From assembly GCA_012295275.1 (NCBI GenBank), contig CM022669.1, forward strand, positions 2,666,001 through 2,730,000: a stretch of DNA of 64,000 nt, in the 5' to 3' direction. Source of the stretch: Chrysomallon squamiferum. Taxonomy: Eukaryota; Animalia; Mollusca. Shown piece after piece: positions 38,691 to 50,936 of the stretch; position 1 is the first letter of the stretch, and the number at the start of each line of letters is the position of its first letter. The notes under the pieces were generated by a model that was not told the DNA's origin, did no database searches, and saw only the letters and a list, made by a program, of their open reading frames with translations. The translations under genes and the position numbers were made by a program.

Positions 38691-40569
38691 CAGATTCATC
38701 CCGCAATTGAGTGAGCTGCTTTCAGAAATAAACTGAACATCATGGCAAGAGTAAACTTTAAATAAACCTAAAACACAATTTATACACCTTTCTTGTTTTT
38801 ATCTACAACAGCATTATATAACTCGAAAAGCATATTTATTTCCTACTTATATATGTCATTATAATTATAATTATTATTATTATTATTATTATTTATTATT
38901 ATTATGGTTATCATCATCATCTTCATCACTATTACTATTTTTACTATTATTATATTCATAAATGACAAGTTTCATTAATATTTGGAGACAAAATATAACC
39001 TGTATAATAATAAATAATAAAATAATAAAGTAAATAAATAAGCAAACCAAAAAATTTATGATTACAAATATTATGTTATCCTAGCAAAGGTGAATACAAA
39101 AAAAGATATTAGTTGAAAGCTTTGAAAGCGCTTGTGGGTAGCCCACATCTGAATGGGAAAAAGCCTTGTGTGTTTATAGCAATAACTGATCAGCAAGCCA
39201 TTAATTCTGCTTTCATAAATAGACATAATATATACGTAATGAAATACACTGGACCACCTCTGTTAAATCAATTACAAGATTCTTGTTATCTTGTGTTGAA
39301 AGAAATATAGCTACATACACAAAACTCTTGTATATGGGAACAAACAAATATGGAAATGAAAATGTTGGCCTATACCTTTATTATTATTATTTATTATTAT
39401 TAATAATAAACAAAATAAAAAATGAAATAAAAATAAAAAAAGGAAATTGATATGGATAAATAGCACACATATATATACACATGAAAGAAATAAAAGAAAA
39501 AAAGAAAGTAAGAAAATTCATTACCAAGACAGTCAAACAAATACCAACATTGTTTTAGTTTATTAGTTAAAAAAGGATAATAAAATGGTACAAGAAAAAA
39601 CCTGAGACAGAAATATTGGAGAAATAAAAATAAAATTTGTTACAAAGTGTATCCAATACAACATAAGAACTGTGGAAAGGATTTACAGCACACTTGAGTG
39701 AATAATTTATTTATATGAAACATAAACAACTGTAAGTAGCTTTATTTATAAAGTTTTTCTTATCTCATGTCCACTGCTAATCAGAATCAGAATCATATTT
39801 GCAGAAAATAAACACTAAACCCCCTGCAGAGTAAAGAGAACTTCAGTTTTAACATTTCATGTGAAAACACAGCACACCATTAAAACTCTTCACTTCTGAT
39901 AAACTCCAGTGGAAACAGAGATTTCAGAAAGAAATACTTCTTGAAGTTCTCTACATTAACTAATATATACATGATGAATTCCTGTTTGATTCACAAGTAA
40001 CACAGAATTCTGTTCTGGAGGTAGAGCTTTTATTTCTATTTTTAGTGATTATCAGGTTGGAAGAGAGGTCAACTATTTTATTAAAAAAAAAAAAATTTGA
40101 CTCAGATATAGTTATTTTAGTAATTATCCGCTACTGCTATTAGTACTACCACTGCTACTATTACATCACTACTACTACTACTACTATTCCTACTGATACT
40201 ATTTAGAACTACTATTGCTACCACCCCACCACAGGTATTATTACTATTACTTCTGCTACTACTACTACTACTACTACTGCTACAATTATCACTAGTACTA
40301 TTAATACAACTATTATTTAAATAATTCACTGTACAATAGAAAGATAGCAACAAAGGATGGTATATTTATGAACGAGATGATTTTATATTCTATACATTTA
40401 AAGATGTGGTTGTTTATATCAACTATAATAAACATATATACAAGCATCAACAATAATAAACAAGACTAAAACTTATGTAGAACAAATGTCAACAATAATA
40501 ATTCAGAGGTGGCTATCAAGTGTTAACAATAAAACAGTTACGTGCAAGTATCAATAATAATAAAACAGA

Positions 40570-40740
40570 CGTGTGCAAGCAAGGCAATAGTAATAAGATT
40601 ATGTGCAAACAAGGCAATAGTAATAAGATCATGTGCAAGCAAGGCAATAGTAATAAGATCATGTGCAAGCAAGGCAATAGTAATAAGATCATGTGCAAGC
40701 AAGGCAATAGTAATAAGATTATGTGCAAACAAGTCAACAA
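40570..40740. repeat. 30-bp minisatellite (atgtgcaagcaaggcaatagtaataagatc), 5-6 copies, degenerate flanks 40440-40870
   Basis: Direct reading; a unit length divisible by 3 explains the overlapping repetitive ORFs. Confidence 0.9.
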
Positions 40741-42847
40741 TAGTCAGATTATGTCAAGCACCAACAATAATAACACACATGCAAGTGTCAACAATAAAAT
40801 CAATATATGCAAGATCAATCACAATAAAACAGACATGCAAGCAGATGTCAACTATTTGTAAAAACAGATGTGTAAAACTTTTTGCTACAGTTCTTAATTC
40901 AATATAGTCAAATCAACCCATCAAAAGATATTGAGTTTTATTCCAACCTATGGACAGGTACATACAAATTAATCGTTGCTGTTATCAGGCTTTCTGTTTG
41001 GAAGCATTGGGTTTCCTCTTCCCATTTATCTGTTCTTAACTATATGTATATAAAATGATTTAAAAAAATGAGAATGTACAAAATGAAGAATCTTTTTTCT
41101 GTTTCACCTGTAGGAATGTGTAAAGGTATTGCCAGGCTGATGCAGTCTCAAACATTTTAAAGCTGTACTATGAAGATATAATCTCATTGGTTGCTATCAG
41201 TCAATAATTTGTTATCCGAGTTATTGTTAAATAAACACAAATTCCAGTAAAGGTATTAGTATTTTATTTTTTTGTCACAAAACAGAAATATTATAAAGTT
41301 TAAAAGTGAGATCAAAGTAATGAATGAAACACCAGGTAATAAATTAAGACTAGAACTGTGATAAATAGATTGATGGTCAACAATGCTTATTGGAATTTTA
41401 AAAACTTAAAATCTGTCAAGAACAATTTAGTTGGGTTTTTTAAAAACAATAACACAACACTTACTTTATAACATGAAGTTAAAGTAGAAATTTTTTACAA
41501 CCGTAATTTTCATAATTCACAACCACTAATTCAGATTTATATACTACCTTTTCACAATATTTTTACTTTTCTTTTTTTACATATTAAGCAAGGTTGACAT
41601 ATTTTTACATTAAATAACATTATAAATTGAGATCAGAGTTAACAGAAAATCAAAAAATTACTGAGATATAAATAATTTTTTTTACTTCAGGATAAATACA
41701 AATTTAGGATTAGTTTTAACAAGAGGTGGTGATATTTATATACTTAAGTTACAACTAAGCAACTCAAACTGTTGTAACATGCAAACAGTTACACTTAAAA
41801 CTGTTCAGGAATAGTGTAACAAGTATGTATTTCATAAACTAAAACAAAGAAGAAAGAAAAAGAAAGAAAACAAAAAGAAAAAAAAGTCAATTAATTTTAA
41901 TACAATAAATTTGCAACAAAAATTATCATTATTTAGATACAGTGTAACAAAAAGTATTTTCCAATAAATTAATTAAAAGAAAAAAAACATGTTTCTCTCC
42001 ATTACTTATAATGCTGCCTTTCACAGAGACAAATACATTTCTCACAAACTTTAGAAATATTTCTTAGATATATGTATTTGATGTTCTTATTAAATTTATT
42101 ATTATATAAGGCACTGGATATGATAAAACTTTGAGATCTTATTGGAGCAGAAAAATATCATTAAAAAAATTATAATAATAATAATAATAATATATATATA
42201 TATATATATTAAAAACAAAATCATCTTTATACTGGATCGTTAAAGTGCACCTCTGATGACACTAAAACAAGTTTAAATAAAACGTTAATGTTTTAATTGT
42301 TTTTTGTCATCCAGTCTTAATTAATAACAAAATAAAGCAACAAAGTTGTTTAAAAACATCTGGATGCCTCCAGTTTTAGGACTTACCTGCATATATCAAT
42401 TCCCAGTATTTGTGAAGGGGTAAAACTCTAGGGTTCAGACATTTGTAACAATATCATTTTATTGTTAAAACTTTGTTATTAATAGTAAGTTGCCCAAAAT
42501 AACAACTTGGACGTATCAAGATTCTATGTCATAGGTACACTTTAAGTGTTTGTTAATCTGAGAATACAACATATTCTTGTTAGGAACAAAATTAACTGAT
42601 TTAACTAACATTTTTTTTTTTTTTTGCTTTGTAGGTAAAGCACCAGAAAAACATCTCTGACAAATCATTTGCCAGAAAAATAAGTAAATTATCAAACACA
42701 ACCAGATATTTACCAAACAGTAACTATTGGTAATGCAGCTATCTTACTATTTAATCACTACATGGCCATAAACATATCAATTGTCTTTTCAAACCATAGT
42801 TTTTAGCATTTCACTTTAAACACAATGCTGGCATTTTGACTAATACA

Positions 42848-42891
<44 letters not shown>

Positions 42892-42935
42892 AATTTTGCA
42901 ATTTCTCTTTTATTTAATTTATAAGTCCACATTTA

Positions 42936-43217
42936 TTATTCTTCTTTTCTTTTAGTAGAACAGTTTTGGTTGCAGACATCACCTGCTCCAACATGATCTG
43001 GGGGCACATCATTTCTGTTAGCTGAATTTTGTCCAACAGTGTTATGACCATCTTTATCATCCTTGCCTATAACAAACTGGACAAACCAACGTCCACCATA
43101 GTACACCCATTCACAAAGAATGGAGGTTGTGTGGATGACAACAACAATCACAGCAAGGCTAACTACCACCAGGATGATGGATGCAATACCAGTCAGCTCA
43201 TAGCTCTGGGGAACCAT
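42936..43217 (-). CDS. Putative 93-aa small membrane protein downstream of C15orf61
   Basis: aaaATGg context; MVPQSYELTGIASILVVVSLAVIVVVIHTTSILCEWVYYGGRWFVQFVIGKDDKDG...STKRKEE*; GC-richer than its flanks with no simple repeats; one hydrophobic helix followed by an aromatic segment. Confidence 0.5.
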   Translation of the reverse strand: MVPQSYELTGIASIILVVVSLAVIVVVIHTTSILCEWVYYGGRWFVQFVIGKDDKDGHNTVGQNSANRNDVPPDHVGAGDVCNQNCSTKRKEE

Positions 43218-43344
43218 TTTGTTAAAAGAGCTACTTTTATTTAATGCAGAAATCACTAATGTCTTCTTATCCTGATATTAAATTGTTCTTATTAAGTAGA
43301 GTTCTCATAACATGTGTCTAAAAAACAATGGTAATTTTATAAAA

Positions 43345-44401
43345 CTAATTAAGAGACTGTCTGTCTTCTTCATTGAGGAAATAAATCTTCACAGTTCCTT
43401 TTGATGTTTCAATGTCTTCAGAGATTCTGATCAACATCAATAAACCTATTCCATATGCCAAAGTTGGAACACCTGATGGAAAAAACAAAACATAATTGTT
43501 ATTTCAGTATGTGAATTATTTTTAATAAATGACTGAATAAAAAAGTAGAAAATAAATATAAACCGAAAAACATAAATATACCCTCCCAGTATTTATCTGT
43601 TTAAAACTAATTTCAAGAGTACTTGCATGGTAGAAAAAAATAATCCATTTTATTTACAAATGTGACCACAACACCATATTTATTAATCTCAAAATAACAG
43701 AGAGTTTACATTTTTACCTTTTTATGTTTATAGAAATTACAAAAAGCAAAAACAAGGAGAAAGAAACATCTACTTCACTGCATCCTAATGGACTAGTCTT
43801 TTATTGTTAGCTAAATAAATAAAACAATCACCTGGATATATACAAATAAAACATTGAACAATGTTTGAATATTGCAAAAGGTTAACTTAAATTAAAAACA
43901 ATGAAAATAATGAAAAACAAGAACATTTATGATAACACAACAGGCACACTACAATAATATGACCAACAGTTTTTAAAAACTTTGTTCACAGTTAAGTTAA
44001 CAGTCACAAATGGTAAAACACATTCTAAAATCTATATAATGTATACATACACACATATGTATTTACAGATACCTACCAAAGTTTATCATTTTCAGTAATG
44101 TGAAAAGAGAGTTTTCCAGTGAAAGATCTTGATATGGCCTCCGAGAACAGTGGAATTTGACAAATGGGAAACAGCCTGTCCTTAGGATGTGGTAGTTAGT
44201 CTCATCAACTGTCCAGTTAAAGTGAGACAATCCAAACTGATCGTTTACAATAGAATTGTAATAAACACAAAACGAAGTCCAAGGGGGATAACCACAGCGG
44301 CGAATATGGCAGGTGAGAACTTCCGAGGCAAAAGGTTTATTTTTCAACTGACCTCTGTATCTGATGACTTTCTGAATTCCCTGAACTGTCTTCTGTAACA
44401 T
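43345..44401 (-). CDS. C15orf61: C15orf61 homolog, 150 aa; coding exons 44401-44077 and 43472-43345
   Basis: KPFASEVLTCH...PPWTSFCV...NDQFGLSHFNW...NYHILRTGCFPFVKFHCS...LKMINFG|VPTLAYGIG...TVKIYFLNEED matches the human C15orf61 motifs (ASEVLT, WTSFCV, NDQFGLSHFNW, LRTGCFPF, GIPTLLYG, VYFLNKED). Phase-1 GT-AG intron; upstream acceptor at 44422 and a likely 5'UTR exon with donor gtaaga at about 45150. Confidence 0.93.
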
Positions 44402-45289
44402 GCAGTTAATAGAAACATTAATCTGAAGAAGAAAAAAAAAAAAAAAAAAAAAAGACAAAATACCATATATTTTTCAAATAGAAATGCTTTCTGGTACACG
44501 ACAAACTCATTTTCATGTAAAATACATTTTGGGTAATAATTTGTACTGTTATTAAATTTTCACAAACTTCATTTATTTATGAGATTACATGAGAAACTAT
44601 TTATAATTATATAAATATTTGTGCTTTTATAAAAAATATTAAAATCACATTTAATAATGGTATATCAGGTTATTTTATGTTTAAATCTACCCTATCGTTC
44701 TCATAGACACAGGCCCTATGATACTGATAGGGTTTAGTTAATTACTGAACATTTTGCTTTTGTTGTTTTACTGCTTGTACAGATATAAAAACATTACATA
44801 ATTTCATTTCCATTGTTAAACTTGCCATTAATAGCAAAACAGAAAAAAAGCTGTATGAAAAATACTGAGTAAAACATGTAGACATAGCATGTAAGATTAC
44901 CTATTTAAATATTTTCAAATCTGAGTTTTCATAACATCAAATGATATTTAATATCAAATTTAATGTGACAGCTCGCGCAGTCCAAGGATAAATTTCAGTT
45001 ATGATAAATTATTTACTGAAGATAACTAAATAAATGTAAAAAGACAAAAGCTAAAACTGAAAAAGGCCAATACAATTAAGAGAATTATACATTACAATTG
45101 TAATTTACTGAAATTAACAAACGTTTTGGTTATTTTTATCTTAATCTTACGTCGACAAATACAGCTCGAAACAAAAAACTGTTCAGATGAAATTACTTGC
45201 TATTCTCAGCTTTAATGCAAACGTAGAACTAACCCTAAAACTCTGGCAGTTAAACTAAAGTTTGACAACACTTCGAAATGTACAATTTA

Positions 45290-45345
45290 ACATTCAGTAG
45301 CATCCCGCCATGTTCTTATTTGAACGAAGGGCAATAACTCTCACA
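45290..45345 (-). promoter_or_regulatory. Probable C15orf61 promoter/TSS region
   Basis: YY1-like AACATGGCGG on the minus strand (~45305-45314), local CpG enrichment, upstream of the likely 5'UTR donor at about 45150. Confidence 0.45.
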
Positions 45346-48300
45346 ACATGGTTTTTAAAGAGCCAGGTTGACATATTGAAAGATAAGTAAATAAGTATTA
45401 CGTTTCTAAAATTTAATAACTAAAAATCATCACATTTGTTAGTAAACAGTTAAAAACAAAAGAAAACATATTTTTAGCCATTTACTGCACGACAGAAATA
45501 GGATCAAATTGGGTTAACCTATGCCTTCTTATTCACTTAAATAGTGAAGAGAAAGAAACTCAATTAGAGGTATACTTACTATCGGGAGATAGAAAATGGC
45601 AGTAACAACCCTGTCATCCAAATTAATATTTATGTAAATATTAGTGTAGACTAAATACTAAAAACTGATTATTTAAATTAAATTTTCTCTCTACTATGTT
45701 CAGTGGTACTGAATTCTTCTTTCTGGCGCATTCATTTGCCCCTAACTGAATAAGAACACCCTAACAAAGATGAATCAACATGAAGCGTTAACAAATTATT
45801 GGGGAAGACAATTATGTGACGTTGATTATTTTCTGACCATCACCATTATCTCTGCTAAATATATTATGAATAAGAAAAACGGTTCTTCTTTCTTTTAATC
45901 AATGCATTTCTAAGTATTTATTATTACTTATAAAAATAAAATATTTATTAACAAACAACATAAATACTTCAGAACTGATTTTATAATATAACTACATATC
46001 ACTGAATGTTTGTTTTTTGTTTTTTTTGTTATCATTTCTACATACTAAATGCCATCTTGAACAACAGACATGGAAACATCCATAAATTTCTTCATTATTA
46101 GCAAAATTGTTAAACCAAAATATATTTAAACTGTCAATATATATAAAATATGTAGATTTCAGTAACAACAAACAAAGAATATATTTTTATACAAAGTTTA
46201 ATGTTTTACTGTGGAACAAAATGTTCCTACCTCCTGATTTCAAGAGGCAATCATAACCACATACATTAATAACATTATCATACATTACAAAATAAACTTT
46301 TTCTCATATTTCACTATACATGCACATTTGTATATAACATATATGTTACCTGCCAATGGGGTTACAAATAATTTGAAGAGATTAGTGCAAAATTAGTCGC
46401 ACATGCAGCTTAAGCAAGCCAAATTAATTTAGAGATTGTTAAGTATACAGAATGATCAGAAATTTAAAAAAACATTTTTTTTTTTGTGTGTTTGTTTAAT
46501 TAATTATTTCAGACATTTTAGTCAGGAAGAAATAACTGTCCATAATCAATGTAATAATAATAATTTAAATAGGCATAGTTAATATTTCTTGGTTCTGTTA
46601 ACCTCTGTTACATGTCTGTGGAAACAAATCATTCAAAGAAAAATTAAACAATTTATAACAAAATTATAATGAAAAACCATTATATTACAACTACCGTAAC
46701 CCAAACTAATAATAAATTTTAATTACTTTCTTCTGCAGTTTATGATAATGTTACAACTATTTTATAATATGTATTCTTTTAATATATCTTAATTCAGGGA
46801 TAAAAAGGGAAGTGGTTAATAGATATCTTTACAGAAAAAGAAACAGTTTAAAATGCATTAATTATCACTTTTTTTAAAATAACAGTAATAAAAAACATTT
46901 TGATATAGCTCTCATATAGTTATTTAAATTTGTTTAAAGCTACCTTTTAACTTATTTTTTTTTTACCACTAGATGTGCTTAAATTATAAAAAAAAAAAAA
47001 AAAAAAAAATACTGAATATTTAAATATGATACTAGTTTTATTCTGCAGAATCTGTTTCTGTCTTTTTGTTCTAGTAACATAAAAATCCTCTGTCTAACAT
47101 GACAGATAAAGGTAAAATTCAGTTAAGCATTAATAACAAAACAATCCAGTCTCTCAGTCTTTTTAACCACATATTACCTACCAGTACTAAAATAATCTGA
47201 ACTTTTTTGTTAGATTATGATCTTTATGGCAACAAAAGGAAAAAGTGGAGTTTTCAAATTACATGACTCATAGTTTCTACAGAAACAAACAATTCAAAAC
47301 TTTGGTCCTTTATAAGGTATGATTTTAATATATAACATAAATATTATTCTGAGATAATATGCAAGTTGTTCTAATAAAGAAGTCGAAACTATTTTGTCAT
47401 ATTAAAGTTTATATTTTGTATTCATGACAAAGATGGACCCTGAAGTTTTTAAGTCAGGGAAAAGATAAGAAATGGTCATATTTATTATATTTTGGTTGTT
47501 CTACATTAAAAAATTACAACACCTTTTTGTAAACAAAGTTATTATCCCAGTTAAATTAAATTTTTTAATGCGACAAACTGAAATTCTGACATACATTATG
47601 AGCCAAGGCATAACCTTTTTTTTGAGTTGGTGCAAGTTAAAGAAAAGGTCCAGTAAATACTTTATTCTTGCACTAACTAAAACAAAACTAATAAAAAACT
47701 GAATTTAAAAAAAAAAAAAAAAAACATTATAATAAATAAATCAAATACAAAATATTGAAAAGAAAAATGTGTAACACTCCAAAATTATAAACATGCATGT
47801 ATATATTCAAATATATTTTTTCATACATTATGGAAATGTAATTATAGATATGTGCAATAATGCATTAACATAATATTGAATCAACATGTATAAATTATCA
47901 TACAGAAAATGAAACATTTTTAGACATTTATAAGCTAAAATCAATGCACTTCATTCATTGTACAAAACTATCCTTGTAAAGGAAAGCAGTTTTCAATGGT
48001 ATAAAACCTCATAATCACCAGAACCTTTAACACTTGGTAATATTCATACATTGTGTTTTTTTCACATCATTTTGGGTCAGATAAGAGAAAATTACTACAA
48101 TGAGCAAAATTAATAATCATTTGACAGAATGTGAATAATTTAAAACATCACCATGAAAAATCTGCCAGAAATATTCCTTCTTTTTGTATTTACCAAAATG
48201 TTTTTTTAAAAATTATGTTTCTACGTAAGTAATAAATAAAAGGAAAACTATGTTGACCTTCATACTTCAACTTGATTTCAGATTTTGTATTTTTACCAAA

Positions 48301-50936
48301 TTTAGACAATTAACCATCCTTTTATTTTGTTGACCTTGCAATTATGCTGATAGGTATATTTCAAATTAATTTATTATTTTTCCCCACAAATAAATTAAAA
48401 ATAATAACAAAAAAAATAAATTTAAAAATTGGTATGTTAATAACATGATTATAATCTTGCATCTTAACTGAAAAATAAATTAATAAATCAATTGTTTTCT
48501 CACCAGCTTATCAGACAAAAACAAATATAACAAGAAAAATAAAATTATGAAAAAGTGATAAAATAATTTTTTTTTTTAAACTGAACAGCAAAGTGTTCCA
48601 AAGTATGTTTAACAGAACAGAATGATTTATAAACTATATATACTGCAACAAAGATGTATGTTAACACCCAGAAATGAAAAACATGTGACACTTAGTAATT
48701 CCAAATTAATCCCCTTAAAGAAAGCAAATAATAAAAGAAAATTCAACTTTTTAATAATTAAAACAAATATCCTCCTTCAACTCAAAATGTCTAAAACAGC
48801 AGTTAGTAAAAAGCTGATAGATTTAAAGATTATTTTTCATTGTACCTACAATACAAAACAAAACCCTTATAATTTTTGCCAATAATCAATCATATATAAA
48901 TATATTATTGACACACACAACAAAACTTATTTTTTATTTAACATAATAATGAATGTGCTTCTAAATAATTAAATATTCAGACCTTTACAAAACTAAAATA
49001 ATTTACAAAAGGAATATCTTGTTATTGTTTGGTCAAATATTTTTACTGAAATAATAAACTGATATAGCACAAACTCACAAATAATGCTAAGATATCAAAA
49101 AATTAACTCTCTCCAACAAACTAAATATAAAATGAATATTCAGCAGTTGTAAAAAAGACTTGGGTCAGCATTTGGTAATATTCAAATTTCATACAACACT
49201 TTCTCTAAATACATTAACTGACTGATCATAATATCAAACTGCAACTGCTAATAGGAAAACATATTACTGATTAAATTGATGATAATTATTACAACTTGTA
49301 AGTGATTACAGTTCTTCTAAATCTGATACCAGCTACTTTCTTAAAACTAACTTGAAAAAACTGGAGAGTTAAAAAATAAAAAATAAAAATAAAAAAATAA
49401 AAAACAGTAAAAGAAAATAAAAACAAAATTATTACTGCTAACAATAACATTGAACTAGTAATGATACAAAATAATTTTTTATTAAAATCAAGGGCTGAAA
49501 ACAAATACAAAAATACAAATACATATAATCTAATTGGTTTTATCATCACTGAGAAATTTGTTTTCAGAACATCTGTTTTCTTCTTAAACTCAATAAAACA
49601 TTCAAATATTATGATTAAGGTTAAACAAAAGCCAAAAACTGATAAAACATAATATACAGTAATTTGAAGTTTCTAAATCCATAGTAAACCTTTTCTCGGA
49701 CAGAAATCAACAATGGTTTTTTGTTTTAGCATTTTCTTTATTCTGTACCAAAGTCATAATCACATTTCCAATACAACAGCCAACATCAAATGTTTTCGAT
49801 AACTCGTTTGTAATTGTTATAAATAACATTTTTCTGTTATGTATTATCATGGCATTTTTAAAAAAATTATATATGTTAAATTATTTAATTGTATATCAGC
49901 AGAGGAAAAATAATTGTTTATAATTACTTGACCAATATTACTAATTACTGAAAACCACACCCCCACCCCTCCCAAAAATAAATAAATAGAAAATAAAAAA
50001 TTCTGCAAAACAAACCAATAACATTTTATTAGTAAAGTTCATGATTCACAGTTGACATGTGGTTATGTTTTTTGTCTTGTGGAATATGTCTCCATGTTTA
50101 CTAAACTCTTAAGATCTGCACATCAAACTTGAAACCAGAAAGAACATCTTTAAGTGTAGATCCTGAAAGTTTTGTAAGCAAAGGGCCTGGTCAGATACAA
50201 CTATGAACAGTTGAAAAGTCACGTTTACCATGAAGACTGAAGTTGCTACTCACTAATGGGTGTTCAGAGTAACAGGTCTGTTCATCAGTAATAGTTCATC
50301 AGAACAAACAGTCTACACGAATAACAGAAATTTGTTTACAAGAACATTCTATTTTCGTTATAGCTTTAATTGCTTGATTAGTGTAAATTGGGGTAAACTG
50401 TACATCTGTAAAATTAACTGTCTCCTGGTCAACAGAAATGTTTATCCTTGAAGTTGTTTGAATTACTATTGCTTTGGTAATTTAGTGTTTATCATAAAGC
50501 TGTGAAAACACCAATTTTTAACAGAAGAAAATTTCTTATTGTTCTGTTTTTTTCTCACTGCAAAAACCTGTTTATTAAAATTTGAAAGCAAAGATTCTTC
50601 TACATGTTAAAAATTCCTGACTTTACTGTAACAACTATTGAACAGAAGAAAATTCTGAAGCAAAGTATCTGAAATATCAGAACTTTCAAGATTTTAAAAT
50701 GTCTTTATAGTGAAAAGTATGCTCCTAGTCTGTTAGCTTCAAAAGGCAGAACCTGTTCATTTGGAGACAGAAAAAGTCTACAGAAGAATGAATATTGTGT
50801 TTTCACAAAATGTAATCTTCAAGTACTGCCAAGATTGTGACAATGACCAATCCACAAGAAAAAAGCACTTTTTATGTTGCTTCCGTAATATACAAGTTTA
50901 TTTATAAATATGTACAGGAGAACAAAAAAACATATT

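Noticed and set aside
40516-40907. Four overlapping repetitive ORFs (CKQGNSNKIM repeats)
   Set aside because: Explained by a 30-bp tandem unit that is stop-free in several frames; no splice or start support.
42936-43217. Identification of the downstream ORF as PIG-Y
   Set aside because: Only short, probably coincidental matches (VSLA, T-x-x-LC); spacing and C-terminus differ.
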